In this document: positions 9,377 to 18,032 of the stretch, one piece after another | Position numbering within the stretch: the first letter of the stretch is position 1 | Layout of the letters: the number at the start of each line of letters is the position of its first letter | From: a virus | Direction: 5' to 3' (one strand) | IMG/VR virus record: IMGVR_UViG_3300045988_168162 | Coordinates: 1 to 64,000 of that record | DNA length: 64,000 bases | Program-made: the position numbers and the translations under genes | Notes under the pieces: model-generated | Seen by the model: the letters and a program-made list of their open reading frames with translations, nothing else | Told to the model about the DNA's origin: nothing | Database searches by the model: none

Positions 9377-9586
9377 TCACCTCCGTTTTTCGTAATATTT
9401 GGCGGCCTCAGTCCTTGTGCGCTGGACGATTTTATCTGTCTCTTTGACATCGCGGCCGGAAGCACATTTGACGCATTTGATACGCCAGTTGCTTTGACCG
9501 GTATAGTGGCGCTCGAAATGGCCGTAACCGACGGGGACAAATTTACCGCAGCAGTAGCAGTAACCTGGGAATTTATTACGGGCCAA
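9377..9586 (-). CDS. zinc-ribbon protein (69 aa)
   Basis: CYCCGK .. CVKCAS cysteine pairs, basic C-terminus, TTG start. Confidence 0.5.
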   Translation of the reverse strand: MARNKFPGYCYCCGKFVPVGYGHFERHYTGQSNWRIKCVKCASGRDVKETDKIVQRTRTEAAKYYEKRR

Positions 9587-9734
9587 TGGTAATCACATCC
9601 TTATCGTTTTTCTTGAAGTTCATCGCATCAGTTACTTCCTCTGCAATTTTGTCAAAGAACTGTTTGGCAAATTCATCGACAGTAACATTTCCGGTAAGAA
9701 TATCACATGGATTCAATATTTTATGCTTGTCCAT
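9576..9734 (-). CDS. hypothetical protein (52 aa, below track cutoff)
   Basis: ATG 9734 (MDKHKILNPCD..) is embedded in the last codons of the upstream gene. Fills an otherwise empty gap. Confidence 0.4.
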   Translation of the reverse strand: MDKHKILNPCDILTGNVTVDEFAKQFFDKIAEEVTDAMNFKKNDKDVITIGP

Positions 9735-9963
9735 AGAGTTCCTCGAAACTAACAGTCGGCTCTACTGTAGTTACTGGCATGTTCCGTGCAAGGAAGTAAT
9801 CGACAGCGTTTAGCGGCACGATATAAGGATCTCCGCCATTAAATTTTGGATACAGGTAGATATATTCAGGATCCAGTGTACCAGCAGCCATATAGCCGTA
9901 CTCTCTGCAGAAGCCTTGCAGTTTATCAATCAAGGCGTCCTTTTCAGCTTTTGAAAGTGTCAT
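9721..9963 (-). CDS. small protein with C-terminal PTVSFEELY tag
   Basis: Ends ..VEPTVSFEELYGQA. Start at MTLSKAE (ATG 9963) inside the tag codons of the upstream gene. Confidence 0.5.
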   Translation of the reverse strand: MTLSKAEKDALIDKLQGFCREYGYMAAGTLDPEYIYLYPKFNGGDPYIVPLNAVDYFLARNMPVTTVEPTVSFEELYGQA

Positions 9964-10240
9964 ACAATTCCTCAAAATCGATAGTTGGGGATTGCAAAGT
10001 TTCTGACTGCGCATAGTCGCTTATATCAGGCTGCACGAACCAGGCTGTCTCGCATTTATTACCAGAATTATCTTGAATAAAAACAGGGCCATACAATGGT
10101 AGGTCGTAATAACCACCGTATCGATCACAATACCAGTCCAGATAATGTTTGACTTCAATAAACCGTTTGGTCGTGTTAATAATGATTTTCTTTCTGAATA
10201 TGTTTTTATCCTGTTCTGCGGTACTATTATTCATGTTCAT
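9944..10240 (-). CDS. small protein with C-terminal PTIDFEELY tag
   Basis: Ends ..QSPTIDFEELYDTFKS. The start ATG lies inside the upstream tag codons. Confidence 0.5.
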   Translation of the reverse strand: MNMNNSTAEQDKNIFRKKIIINTTKRFIEVKHYLDWYCDRYGGYYDLPLYGPVFIQDNSGNKCETAWFVQPDISDYAQSETLQSPTIDFEELYDTFKS

Positions 10241-10436
10241 AGAGTTCCTCGAAACTAACGATGGGCTTAGTCGCCGGAATACTGACAGGTCTTACATCGC
10301 CGTCTTTTGTGTAAACTGGAACCCCTGCAAGCGAAAAAATGTACTTATCCGCCACGCTCATGAGACCGCTTTCTGGTGCGGTGATGTAATATCCGTTTGT
10401 ACATGATGTAGTACTTTTATTAAATATATAGGTCAT
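10227..10436 (-). CDS. small protein with C-terminal PIVSFEELY tag
   Basis: Ends ..TKPIVSFEELYEHE. Confidence 0.5.
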   Translation of the reverse strand: MTYIFNKSTTSCTNGYYITAPESGLMSVADKYIFSLAGVPVYTKDGDVRPVSIPATKPIVSFEELYEHE

Positions 10437-10768
10437 TTTGTTTCCCCGTATAAATCTTGGAAACTGACAGTTGGAACTATTGGCTCGATACTCACCGTAG
10501 ACTGGCCAGGCTTTTCATCCATATGCGCTGCAAACATTTCCATCATTGCTGCCAAAGATTTTCCGCATACTCTGCCGCCGTTAATCATTTTGGTATATTT
10601 AAGTTCCGTGTCATCAACTACAGAAATATGACTTCCATTTTTGAAGTAATAATCACGCGGCACAAGGTAGCCAGCATCAGCAAACCATCTATCGTATCCT
10701 GGGTAAGCCTTATCAAGAGCCTTGATAATGCTTTCGTATTTGGTTTCGGCTATATCATTCCATTCCAT
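10433..10768 (-). CDS. small protein with C-terminal PTVSFQDLY tag
   Basis: Ends ..IVPTVSFQDLYGETK. ATGA-type overlaps on both sides. Confidence 0.55.
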   Translation of the reverse strand: MEWNDIAETKYESIIKALDKAYPGYDRWFADAGYLVPRDYYFKNGSHISVVDDTELKYTKMINGGRVCGKSLAAMMEMFAAHMDEKPGQSTVSIEPIVPTVSFQDLYGETK

Positions 10769-11868
10769 TAGAACAGCTCCTCGTCATCGTCCGGCTTGGA
10801 TGTGTTTGCAGCCAGACGGTCGTTATAATCTTGGATGTAAGGGCAAGTTTTGCGGTGGCCGCACAAGTTATTGCAGAAAAAACTCGTGTTTTTGCCGATC
10901 TCACACGGCTCCCACGGATGCTCTTTGTCGTGTGGCAGGCTTTCGTACAGGTCAGCCGTTTTATTGATGTAATCGAGCGCTTCCTGTTTAAGCTCCTCGG
11001 TGTATGGATAATTGCGCACATAGGGCTTGATGGAAAACTGCTCACGAACGGCGGCTGGGAACTGGTCACCAAGAATATTCGTTTTGGAAAACTCCATCAA
11101 GGCCATCTCGATATCTGCTTCGTCCATGCCGGATTCGCGGCAGGCGGACTCGACAGCATCCTTGATCGTGGCATAGATCTTAGAGCGGTTGACGATGCGG
11201 GTGAGCGGGGTTTTGATTTTGCTGCGCTTGGTTGCGTACCAGTTGAAGTTGATGACCACATATTTAAGCATGATCCAGGCGGTGGACTTGACTTTGTAAC
11301 CGGCCTGTTCGAGAGCCATGCCATAGATCGTCAGCTGGCGCCCGTGTTCAAGGAGGTCTTTCTCGGCATAATTCGAGCTGGTTTTGTAATCCAGAACAGA
11401 GACTTCATTATCATTGCCCCATCTTAAAAGGTCAGCATAACCGCGGATCGCAAGTTTATCGTTGACTTGATAAATCAGTAGCTCTTCTGTTGTGAACTTA
11501 CCTTTTGGACGATAATAGGTTTTACAGAAATGACAAATATCTTCGATGTAACGCCGTCTGATTTCATCCGTGCCGCGAAAATCTTTGGGAAACTCAAGCC
11601 CAAGAGAATCCATCTCTGCAATACCTTTTTCAAAGCGCGGAAGCAATTCTACTTCTGTAATTTTGTCGTTCTCCAACAGTTCAAGGCTGTCATGGCAAAC
11701 AGTTCCTGCCCAGGAATAACAATTGTCGGCACCACGGTCATGGAGTATGTAAGTGCGCCAAGCGGAATATAAACAAGAATTGATGGTTGACATTTTGGAA
11801 TAACTGAGGAGTTCGACACCAGCATCTTTGAGCGCTTGGATTCTTTCGTCTGCACTACGTTGAGACAC
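10768..11868 (-). CDS. PD-(D/E)XK exonuclease, Cas4/RecB-like with C-terminal Cys cluster
   Basis: VLDYKTS nuclease motif, C-terminal CNNLCGHRKTCPY cysteines plus an N-terminal Cys. Acidic tail ..PDDDEELF. Confidence 0.7.
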   Translation of the reverse strand: MSQRSADERIQALKDAGVELLSYSKMSTINSCLYSAWRTYILHDRGADNCYSWAGTVCHDSLELLENDKITEVELLPRFEKGIAEMDSLGLEFPKDFRGTDEIRRRYIEDICHFCKTYYRPKGKFTTEELLIYQVNDKLAIRGYADLLRWGNDNEVSVLDYKTSSNYAEKDLLEHGRQLTIYGMALEQAGYKVKSTAWIMLKYVVINFNWYATKRSKIKTPLTRIVNRSKIYATIKDAVESACRESGMDEADIEMALMEFSKTNILGDQFPAAVREQFSIKPYVRNYPYTEELKQEALDYINKTADLYESLPHDKEHPWEPCEIGKNTSFFCNNLCGHRKTCPYIQDYNDRLAANTSKPDDDEELF

Positions 11869-11880
11869 TAAAAAACCTCC

Positions 11881-12660
11881 TTAATCTGTGATTTCAACAC
11901 TATAAGAAAGCATAGACAAGTAGCATTCTTTAATAATATTTCCTTTTAAATACTCATCCTCCGCCACTCGTTTTATAATGTCTTCTTTATAAGTTTTGTA
12001 AACTTTAAATGCTTGTTCCGGCGTGTTATATGTACCAAGATAATAATTATTCTTATGTAAAAATGGGTCGCTGCACATAGCCATATAGTTATCGTGGTTT
12101 TTAGTTACACCGATTGGCAAATTTCCTCTATTAAGGTCTTTTTTAACAAATAAAGTATTTACATTATTGGGAACCAAGCTACAATTTTTACCCGAATATA
12201 TTTTGTTGCCTTTTCCACCAATGATATCCTTATCGAGACACCAATGGTGTCCACTTTTCCATTTTTCATAATTGGGTTGAGAAGTAATCCATTTATAAAA
12301 ATCTGTAAAACAGACAAAATCATCCGCTACAAATGCATCACTATAAGTGTTGATGTATTTGGTTTTGTAATAATCTGAACACCTATACAGCATGTCCGCC
12401 CATACTTGATACTCCTTTTTGTGAGCATCTTTTGTATAGATACCACCAGGAATCCCTACGCCATAAACATTTGGACGCATTAGATTTTTTACTAAGCCCT
12501 TTTTTAAAGCGCCCAAAGTACATTCACGTATTGATGGATAATTGCCAAGAAACTCGACTTTGGTTTTTGTACGAGTCCCGCCAATTACCTTTGCAACTTC
12601 CCCATTTTTCATTGTGAATGTCTTACCAATATATTCTTCAAAAGGCTTTCTTTCAGCCAT
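11881..12660 (-). CDS. homing-endonuclease-like protein with AP2-type DNA-binding domain
   Basis: YQVWADMLYRC .. LDKDIIGGKGNKIYSGKNCSLVP .. LPIGVTKNHDNYMAMC .. LGTYNTPEQAFKVY. Related in layout to ORF 30438-31019. Lower GC than its neighbours by eye. Confidence 0.55.
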   Translation of the reverse strand: MAERKPFEEYIGKTFTMKNGEVAKVIGGTRTKTKVEFLGNYPSIRECTLGALKKGLVKNLMRPNVYGVGIPGGIYTKDAHKKEYQVWADMLYRCSDYYKTKYINTYSDAFVADDFVCFTDFYKWITSQPNYEKWKSGHHWCLDKDIIGGKGNKIYSGKNCSLVPNNVNTLFVKKDLNRGNLPIGVTKNHDNYMAMCSDPFLHKNNYYLGTYNTPEQAFKVYKTYKEDIIKRVAEDEYLKGNIIKECYLSMLSYSVEITD

Positions 12661-13678
12661 CTAACCACCTCACTTTCGTTTTCATTATTTCAATATAGGC
12701 TTCACGGCCGAGGTCTGCCGGGTTTGCCTTGCTGCCCTTGGGGATGATCTCGCCATCAGCGTCCCATACATAGCCGACCTTGTTTTTAAGGATCTGGTTA
12801 TTCTGGATGAGCTTTTTGGCTTCCTCGCGGACGGCTTCTTCCTCAAGACCTTCGTCCAGGGCAAGAATGACCCGCTTTGGCTGCATGGAATTGATCATGG
12901 CCGCCTGGGCTTTGGAGACATGGCAGCCGCACAGACCAAGTGCGAGGCCGCAGCCTATGGAGTGCATCTGCATGGGAGCCTTTTCACTCTCATACAAGAA
13001 CACGCTTCGGCGCTCGACAATGTGCTGGTAGTTATACTGCAAGCCGAAGAGTGTCTTACTGCGGGAACATGCAACGATAGGAAGCCAACGATCCTCGTGC
13101 GGGCAGTCAGGGTCATTACTGCGCCCCATAATGCCGCAGAGTTCGCCGTTAAAGTTTCGTTCCGGCACGGTAATACGATTGGATGTATCATCATAGCCGA
13201 CCTGGAACAGCTCCTGAGTCTTATAATCAATACCGCTGCGGAAAAACTGGGTGTTCAGCTTGCCGAGATAAGGTTCTAAGGCTTCCTCCGGGATAGAAGG
13301 AACGTCAAAATCGTTCTCATCATCCGGCATCAGAGCCAGATAAAAACCGTGAAACGGATATCTTGTTTTGATAGAGAGAGCACCTTCGTCCAGCCCTAAG
13401 ACCGTGGCAGCGAGCTTGAGGCTATCTGGGAAAGTGCAGTTTAACCGTTTCATGATCAGGGTAAAAATGTCGCCCCGGTCATTGGTAGAGAAGCAGTAGA
13501 AGCGCAGGGTCTCCACATCCAAGACCATAGAGGTAGGATTTTGGCCCTCGGAACGGGAGAAACGGAACTGGCGCTTGGTAGGATTGTAGGATATGGGAAA
13601 GTATTCAAGCGTTTCGAGAATGGTAAAGACCTTATCCTCGTCGCCTGCGATTTCCTGATGGAGAAGTGCCGCGTTCAT
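12653..13678 (-). CDS. DNA primase (Toprim, DnaG-like)
   Basis: Toprim core VFLYESEKAPMQMHS .. ILALDEGLEEEA. Adjacent to the helicase. Confidence 0.7.
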   Translation of the reverse strand: MNAALLHQEIAGDEDKVFTILETLEYFPISYNPTKRQFRFSRSEGQNPTSMVLDVETLRFYCFSTNDRGDIFTLIMKRLNCTFPDSLKLAATVLGLDEGALSIKTRYPFHGFYLALMPDDENDFDVPSIPEEALEPYLGKLNTQFFRSGIDYKTQELFQVGYDDTSNRITVPERNFNGELCGIMGRSNDPDCPHEDRWLPIVACSRSKTLFGLQYNYQHIVERRSVFLYESEKAPMQMHSIGCGLALGLCGCHVSKAQAAMINSMQPKRVILALDEGLEEEAVREEAKKLIQNNQILKNKVGYVWDADGEIIPKGSKANPADLGREAYIEIMKTKVRWLDG

Positions 13679-13693
13679 GTGGCAGCACCTCCT

Positions 13694-15121
13694 TTAACGC
13701 GCCAGGGCAATGTGGTCGTCCCGGATTTTGCAGTAACCGATTTCGCGCCAGCGGTTCCAGGTGAAATCAACTTCATAGAGGAACTGCTGATTATCCTCGT
13801 CGTTACGGGTTTTATCCAGAAAGGCGACTATGTACTTTTTGGTTTTATCGAGAGTAATCGGAGTGGTGAACTTTTCCCAGGTGCCATCGGCGTTTTTACC
13901 GCGGGTATAGGCGCGGCAGTCGTAACGCTCGCCGGTATATTCATCCTCCCAGAGAGGACGCATATAGAGCATCTCGGAAAAGACCTCTTTGATCTGTTTG
14001 GAGTTGGAGAGGCAGGTAGCATCCAGGAAGCGTTTATCCTTGGCATACAGGGCCAACTGGTAGGTACAGACAACGGCCACATTCTCCCGGCTGGCAGTCT
14101 GGAAGACTTTGCGGCTGGCCTGCAATAGCTGGCGGTACATCTCCATATTGGAATCATCATCCGATTTCATTGTGTCCCAGAGGAACAGCTGAAAATCGAG
14201 CTTGGAATATTTACGAATGGTTTTGCAGACGCGGGCGGTATCGTTATCAAACATTTTAACGAACTTGATATTGCCCTTATATTTCTGCTGCGTGATCTCA
14301 GCAGCCTTGGCAAGAATTTCATTTTGCTCTTGGCTGAAATTGCCGGTTTTAAGGCGCTTGCGGGTCAGCTTCCAGTAATTGAGATCATGCGTGAGTACAT
14401 GGACAAGCTGAAGCTGCTTATAGGCTTGGATCTGCATCTCGTTGGAGATAATGCAGCACTTGATGCCGGACTCGGCCATAGGAAGGATAAGGTTCTCGAA
14501 CACGAAGCTGGTTTTGCCGGTGCCGGAGAAGCCGCCGAACATAGTCAAATCGCCTTTGGGGATGCCCAGGGTAGCATAATTCATGCGCGGGCAGTTTTTG
14601 CCGTAAGGAAGCCCCTGGGATGTGCCCTTATTCAGCTCGGCAATGAACGAGTTATCGCAGTAGACATCCTCGACTTTCATATCCTTGGCAGTGCTGATGC
14701 TGATTTTATTGAGTTCCAGATCAAAGTAATCATAAACATCAGCGCTGGAGCGGTCATCGAACTTGGAGACATCGCTGAACGAATCAAAGAAGCTGCCGCA
14801 GAGATCAGAAAGCAGATTCAGCTTGACGATCTTATCGAAGTAGCCCTCGACATTATCGGGGTTGACGAGCTTGCGCATATCCTCGACATTTTTATAGCCT
14901 TTCAGCTCCAGGAATTTTGTGCGAAGCTCCGGCTTATCGTTGGTATACTCGTTGACCGTGACGTGATCGAAGGACTTATAACCGGCATCGTACATGGCGC
15001 GGCCGAGATTGAAGTAGAACTTGGCGTCCTTGGTTTTGATAGTTTCATCCTTGCCAGTATTCAGGCGGGCGTAATCATCATAGAGAAGCGGCTCGATCCA
15101 GAGACACATGACAAAGGGCAT
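13694..15121 (-). CDS. replicative DNA helicase (DnaB-like)
   Basis: Walker A GFSGTGKTSF within a RecA-fold C-terminal domain, about 475 aa, next to the primase. Confidence 0.8.
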   Translation of the reverse strand: MPFVMCLWIEPLLYDDYARLNTGKDETIKTKDAKFYFNLGRAMYDAGYKSFDHVTVNEYTNDKPELRTKFLELKGYKNVEDMRKLVNPDNVEGYFDKIVKLNLLSDLCGSFFDSFSDVSKFDDRSSADVYDYFDLELNKISISTAKDMKVEDVYCDNSFIAELNKGTSQGLPYGKNCPRMNYATLGIPKGDLTMFGGFSGTGKTSFVFENLILPMAESGIKCCIISNEMQIQAYKQLQLVHVLTHDLNYWKLTRKRLKTGNFSQEQNEILAKAAEITQQKYKGNIKFVKMFDNDTARVCKTIRKYSKLDFQLFLWDTMKSDDDSNMEMYRQLLQASRKVFQTASRENVAVVCTYQLALYAKDKRFLDATCLSNSKQIKEVFSEMLYMRPLWEDEYTGERYDCRAYTRGKNADGTWEKFTTPITLDKTKKYIVAFLDKTRNDEDNQQFLYEVDFTWNRWREIGYCKIRDDHIALAR

Positions 15122-15188
15122 CTCGACTTGCTCACGACCGGCATTGATTTTGGATAGGCATTTTTCTAACTCGATAGCACATCACCCC

Positions 15189-15737
15189 TTATTCATCATC
15201 GTCATCTTGGAAGAAAGACAGATCGCGGCTGGGTTTGGCGGCGTAGCCGACATCGGCAAAATTTGTGGTATCTTCGGCATTAAATTGCCTTTCTTGCCGC
15301 TGGATTCCCGCCTCGGCACTTTCGCGGCGCTTTTTGGCTTTATAGACATCGTTGATATGGTTTTTGACGACAGCCATAATGTAAGAAGCCCGATGATATT
15401 CACTGGAAAAAGATTTGGTGCGCATGGCATTCTCCAACTGTGGTTTACACTGCTCCAGCGTTTCGAGGATGGTTTCATTGCCATAAAACGAAAGCTGTTT
15501 GATGGAGCGTGTAATGCTGGTGGGGAATACCATTGACGGATCGAACGCCAGAATGTCGTGAATAATATCCATAATGCTTTTGTAAACCTCGGCATCATGG
15601 GTGCGCTGTTTATAGAGCGCCTCGGACTTATAGTAATGACCGTCGGGAGCTTTGAAGAAGGTAAGGCTTGTACCGCGCTCGCCAGTGACGAAGCACTTGA
15701 CGGGGCGGCCTTTTGGCGCAGGAGTTTGTTTTGCCAT
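15189..15737 (-). CDS. hypothetical protein (replication module; acidic C-terminus)
   Basis: Start at MAKQT. Ends ..LSFFQDDDDE. No clear motif. Confidence 0.45.
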   Translation of the reverse strand: MAKQTPAPKGRPVKCFVTGERGTSLTFFKAPDGHYYKSEALYKQRTHDAEVYKSIMDIIHDILAFDPSMVFPTSITRSIKQLSFYGNETILETLEQCKPQLENAMRTKSFSSEYHRASYIMAVVKNHINDVYKAKKRRESAEAGIQRQERQFNAEDTTNFADVGYAAKPSRDLSFFQDDDDE

Positions 15738-15749
15738 GCGCACCACACT

Positions 15750-16856
15750 TTACGCCGTAAACAGAGAAGCGATCTGCTTGAGGGTCTGGATAGGCAGGTC
15801 AGGATCAGAGAACTTGGCATAGCCTGCGCCGTTCAGCATCGTTTTGGCCTGGGACTTGAGATCTGCATCCGCAGTGGAGAAGCCAGCCTGAATGGTGGAG
15901 ATGAATTCGTCACGAGATTCTTCGTCAACCTCTGCCTGGCGTGCAACCTTATCACGGGAACGAGAAACATCGGCCTGCTTGTCCATCTCCGCCTGTTCCT
16001 TTTTGACGGTCTTTTCAAAATCAGCATCCGTCATCTTTTTGGTGGTACTGGAGGATTTGACGCCCTGTTTGAATGCCTCGATGAATTCTTTGGGGTCAAG
16101 ACCAATTGTGTCCGGTAAATCATTAAAGCGAGAGCCAGCATCAATGGTAGACGTACCGCGCAGATGGAACACACGCTTTTCGTCCGCAATCTTGCCGCCG
16201 TTGATATTGCGCTCTAGAGTACCGACAATGACCATCTGAGCATTATCAGCAATAGCGCTGTACGTGCGGTCCTGCATCAAATTCGTCAGCTGTTCGTATT
16301 TTTCGCCAGTCAGAGGATCAGTGCGCTCCTTGAACTTGGTATGAGTAAGAATGAAAACTGCAATACCTGCACGATACAGACGGGTAAGCTGATCCTGAAT
16401 CAGTTTCACGAGACGCTCAGGACCGCGATTATAACCGCCCCATGCTTCCAGCAGAGACTTGCAATTCTTGCCAGTTTCCTTACGACAAATACGCAGTGTT
16501 TCTGCGGCAGCGATATCATACAGAGTATCGAAAGTGTCGAAGCAAACGCCCTTGATGCCGTACTCCTTATTGTTATCGATCAGATCATCAATAATCTGAA
16601 CAAGGCCGCGGTGATCTGTCTCTTCGTCATACTCGGAATCCCATTCAAGAGCTTCTTCGACCTGCAGATTATCAAGTGCATGGAATCCAGATTCAGTGCC
16701 GCAGGAAATCAGAAGTCCCTTGGACGCATCACCCCATGCTTCGACAACGAAATTGCGCCACCATGTTGTTTTTCCGAATTTTCGCGGGGAAAGAATCAGA
16801 TACGGTGCCTGATAACTGCCAAAATCACATTTGACAGTGTTCATCTTAAATGCCAT
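15750..16856 (-). CDS. AAA_24/Sak4-like RecA-fold ATPase
   Basis: Walker A SPRKFGKTT, Walker B-like GVCFDTFD, ILTHTK sensor region. Position typical for a phage recombination ATPase. Confidence 0.65.
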   Translation of the reverse strand: MAFKMNTVKCDFGSYQAPYLILSPRKFGKTTWWRNFVVEAWGDASKGLLISCGTESGFHALDNLQVEEALEWDSEYDEETDHRGLVQIIDDLIDNNKEYGIKGVCFDTFDTLYDIAAAETLRICRKETGKNCKSLLEAWGGYNRGPERLVKLIQDQLTRLYRAGIAVFILTHTKFKERTDPLTGEKYEQLTNLMQDRTYSAIADNAQMVIVGTLERNINGGKIADEKRVFHLRGTSTIDAGSRFNDLPDTIGLDPKEFIEAFKQGVKSSSTTKKMTDADFEKTVKKEQAEMDKQADVSRSRDKVARQAEVDEESRDEFISTIQAGFSTADADLKSQAKTMLNGAGYAKFSDPDLPIQTLKQIASLFTA

Positions 16857-16871
16857 GTAAAAACTCCTTTA

Positions 16872-17978
16872 TTAGAAATATTCCTCTTCATCGGCAGCAG
16901 CTTTTGTTTCGGTGACCTCGAAAGGCAGGTCGTCCTTTGCCTTGGGCTTGGCAGCGTTCTTTTCCATGTCGTCGATAGATTCATCCTTGGTGGGGACATA
17001 AATCTCGTCCTCAAACTCGGAGATCTTATAGCCGGTATCAACAGGGCCATTGGCATAGGTTTCCTTGGCGTAAGGCTCATTGAAGCGCAGCTCGGAAATG
17101 CGGTCGCCAAAGATCTGGCCGCGGGGACGGAAATCATCGAGAGTCTTTTCGCCCAGCTCGATCAGCTTCTTTTGGAGCTTCGTCAACTGAGACTCGTCAA
17201 ATTCGACCTCTTGAGCGCCATTGACAATGCGGACATCCCACATCATGGTTTCAGGCGTCTTGGCCTTGGTGTCGATCAGTTCATTACGGCACTCGAACTG
17301 GCCCTTCTGCTTGGCATCGTCCATGTTAAAAGCATTCGTATTGAACACAACGGTCAGCGGCAGGTACTTGCAGGGATTCTCCTTGTCAATATACTGAGGA
17401 ACATAGCCGTTGACGTAGATCTTGCCGGTCTCTTTAAGATCGGACTTATCCACACAATCCTTCCAGTAGGTGAGCGGGACCATGATAGACAGCTTCTTTT
17501 TATCCTTATCGCGGCGCATCCAGACACCATCAATATTGAAATTACGGCGCAGGACGCCCTTGTTGTCATAGCGGACACTCATATTGCCGGTGACGCGGAT
17601 ATCCTGCTTATAATCGCGCAGTTCATCGGCCAGGTACTGAATAAAATCGTACTCGGTAATGAACTCCTTGATCTCGTCATCCTCGGTACCGACATTGGTG
17701 CGGAACTTGCGGTAACGGGCGACCTTTGCGACCACATCAGGGTCTTTGCGGTCAGCCCAGTCAACATCCATAGCCTGATTGTCAGAATTATAGGTATGGA
17801 TCGTGTCGCGGATAGAACCGTAAAGGCCGCAGAACTCCATATTCGTGCCGACCTTGACGCCGAAATTGAGGCGGACAGCCTTGGCACCGTACTGAGTGGT
17901 GCTTTCGGTCAGGAAATTCTTGCCGACAGACGGAGCGCCGGTAAATGTAAAACGGATGTTCGTATTCTGTTTTGCCAT
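16872..17978 (-). CDS. hypothetical protein with acidic-aromatic C-terminal tail (possible ssDNA-binding protein)
   Basis: Ends ..AAADEEEYF, like SSB / T7 gp2.5-type tails. Strong SD and conserved promoter-like motif upstream. Function inferred only. Confidence 0.4.
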   Translation of the reverse strand: MAKQNTNIRFTFTGAPSVGKNFLTESTTQYGAKAVRLNFGVKVGTNMEFCGLYGSIRDTIHTYNSDNQAMDVDWADRKDPDVVAKVARYRKFRTNVGTEDDEIKEFITEYDFIQYLADELRDYKQDIRVTGNMSVRYDNKGVLRRNFNIDGVWMRRDKDKKKLSIMVPLTYWKDCVDKSDLKETGKIYVNGYVPQYIDKENPCKYLPLTVVFNTNAFNMDDAKQKGQFECRNELIDTKAKTPETMMWDVRIVNGAQEVEFDESQLTKLQKKLIELGEKTLDDFRPRGQIFGDRISELRFNEPYAKETYANGPVDTGYKISEFEDEIYVPTKDESIDDMEKNAAKPKAKDDLPFEVTETKAAADEEEYF

Positions 17979-18000
17979 GTAAAAACTCCTTTAAATTAAA

Positions 18001-18030
18001 TTTACGTGCCGTTAATTGTTGGGCGAAAAA
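18001..18030 (-). promoter_or_regulatory. conserved promoter-like motif (TTCGCC-N16-GTAAAT with TTAACGGCAC spacer)
   Basis: Minus-sense TTCGCCCAACAATTAACGGCACGTAAAT lies about 30 nt upstream of ORF 16872-17978. The same core recurs at 35542, 61688 and 61779, and inverted at 37263. Confidence 0.5.
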
Positions 18031-18032
18031 AT

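Noticed and set aside
9373-9540. N-terminal extension of dnaE to the track start (9540) or to ATG 9450.
   Set aside because: It would overlap the upstream Zn-ribbon gene by 74-164 nt in another frame and add Ser/Ala-rich junk before the PHP motif. ATT at 9372 with a perfect SD fits better. The call is still unproven.
16341-17999. Long plus-strand ORFs (552 aa here; also 1049-2443, 11-ORF-style shadows at 13541-15157, 18726-20897, 27396-28775 and 58622-60709).
   Set aside because: They lie antisense to minus-strand genes that carry clear catalytic motifs. Their translations are low-complexity (G/V/A/I/L/D-rich) without motifs, and they have no SD. They are typical shadow ORFs of mid-GC coding DNA.
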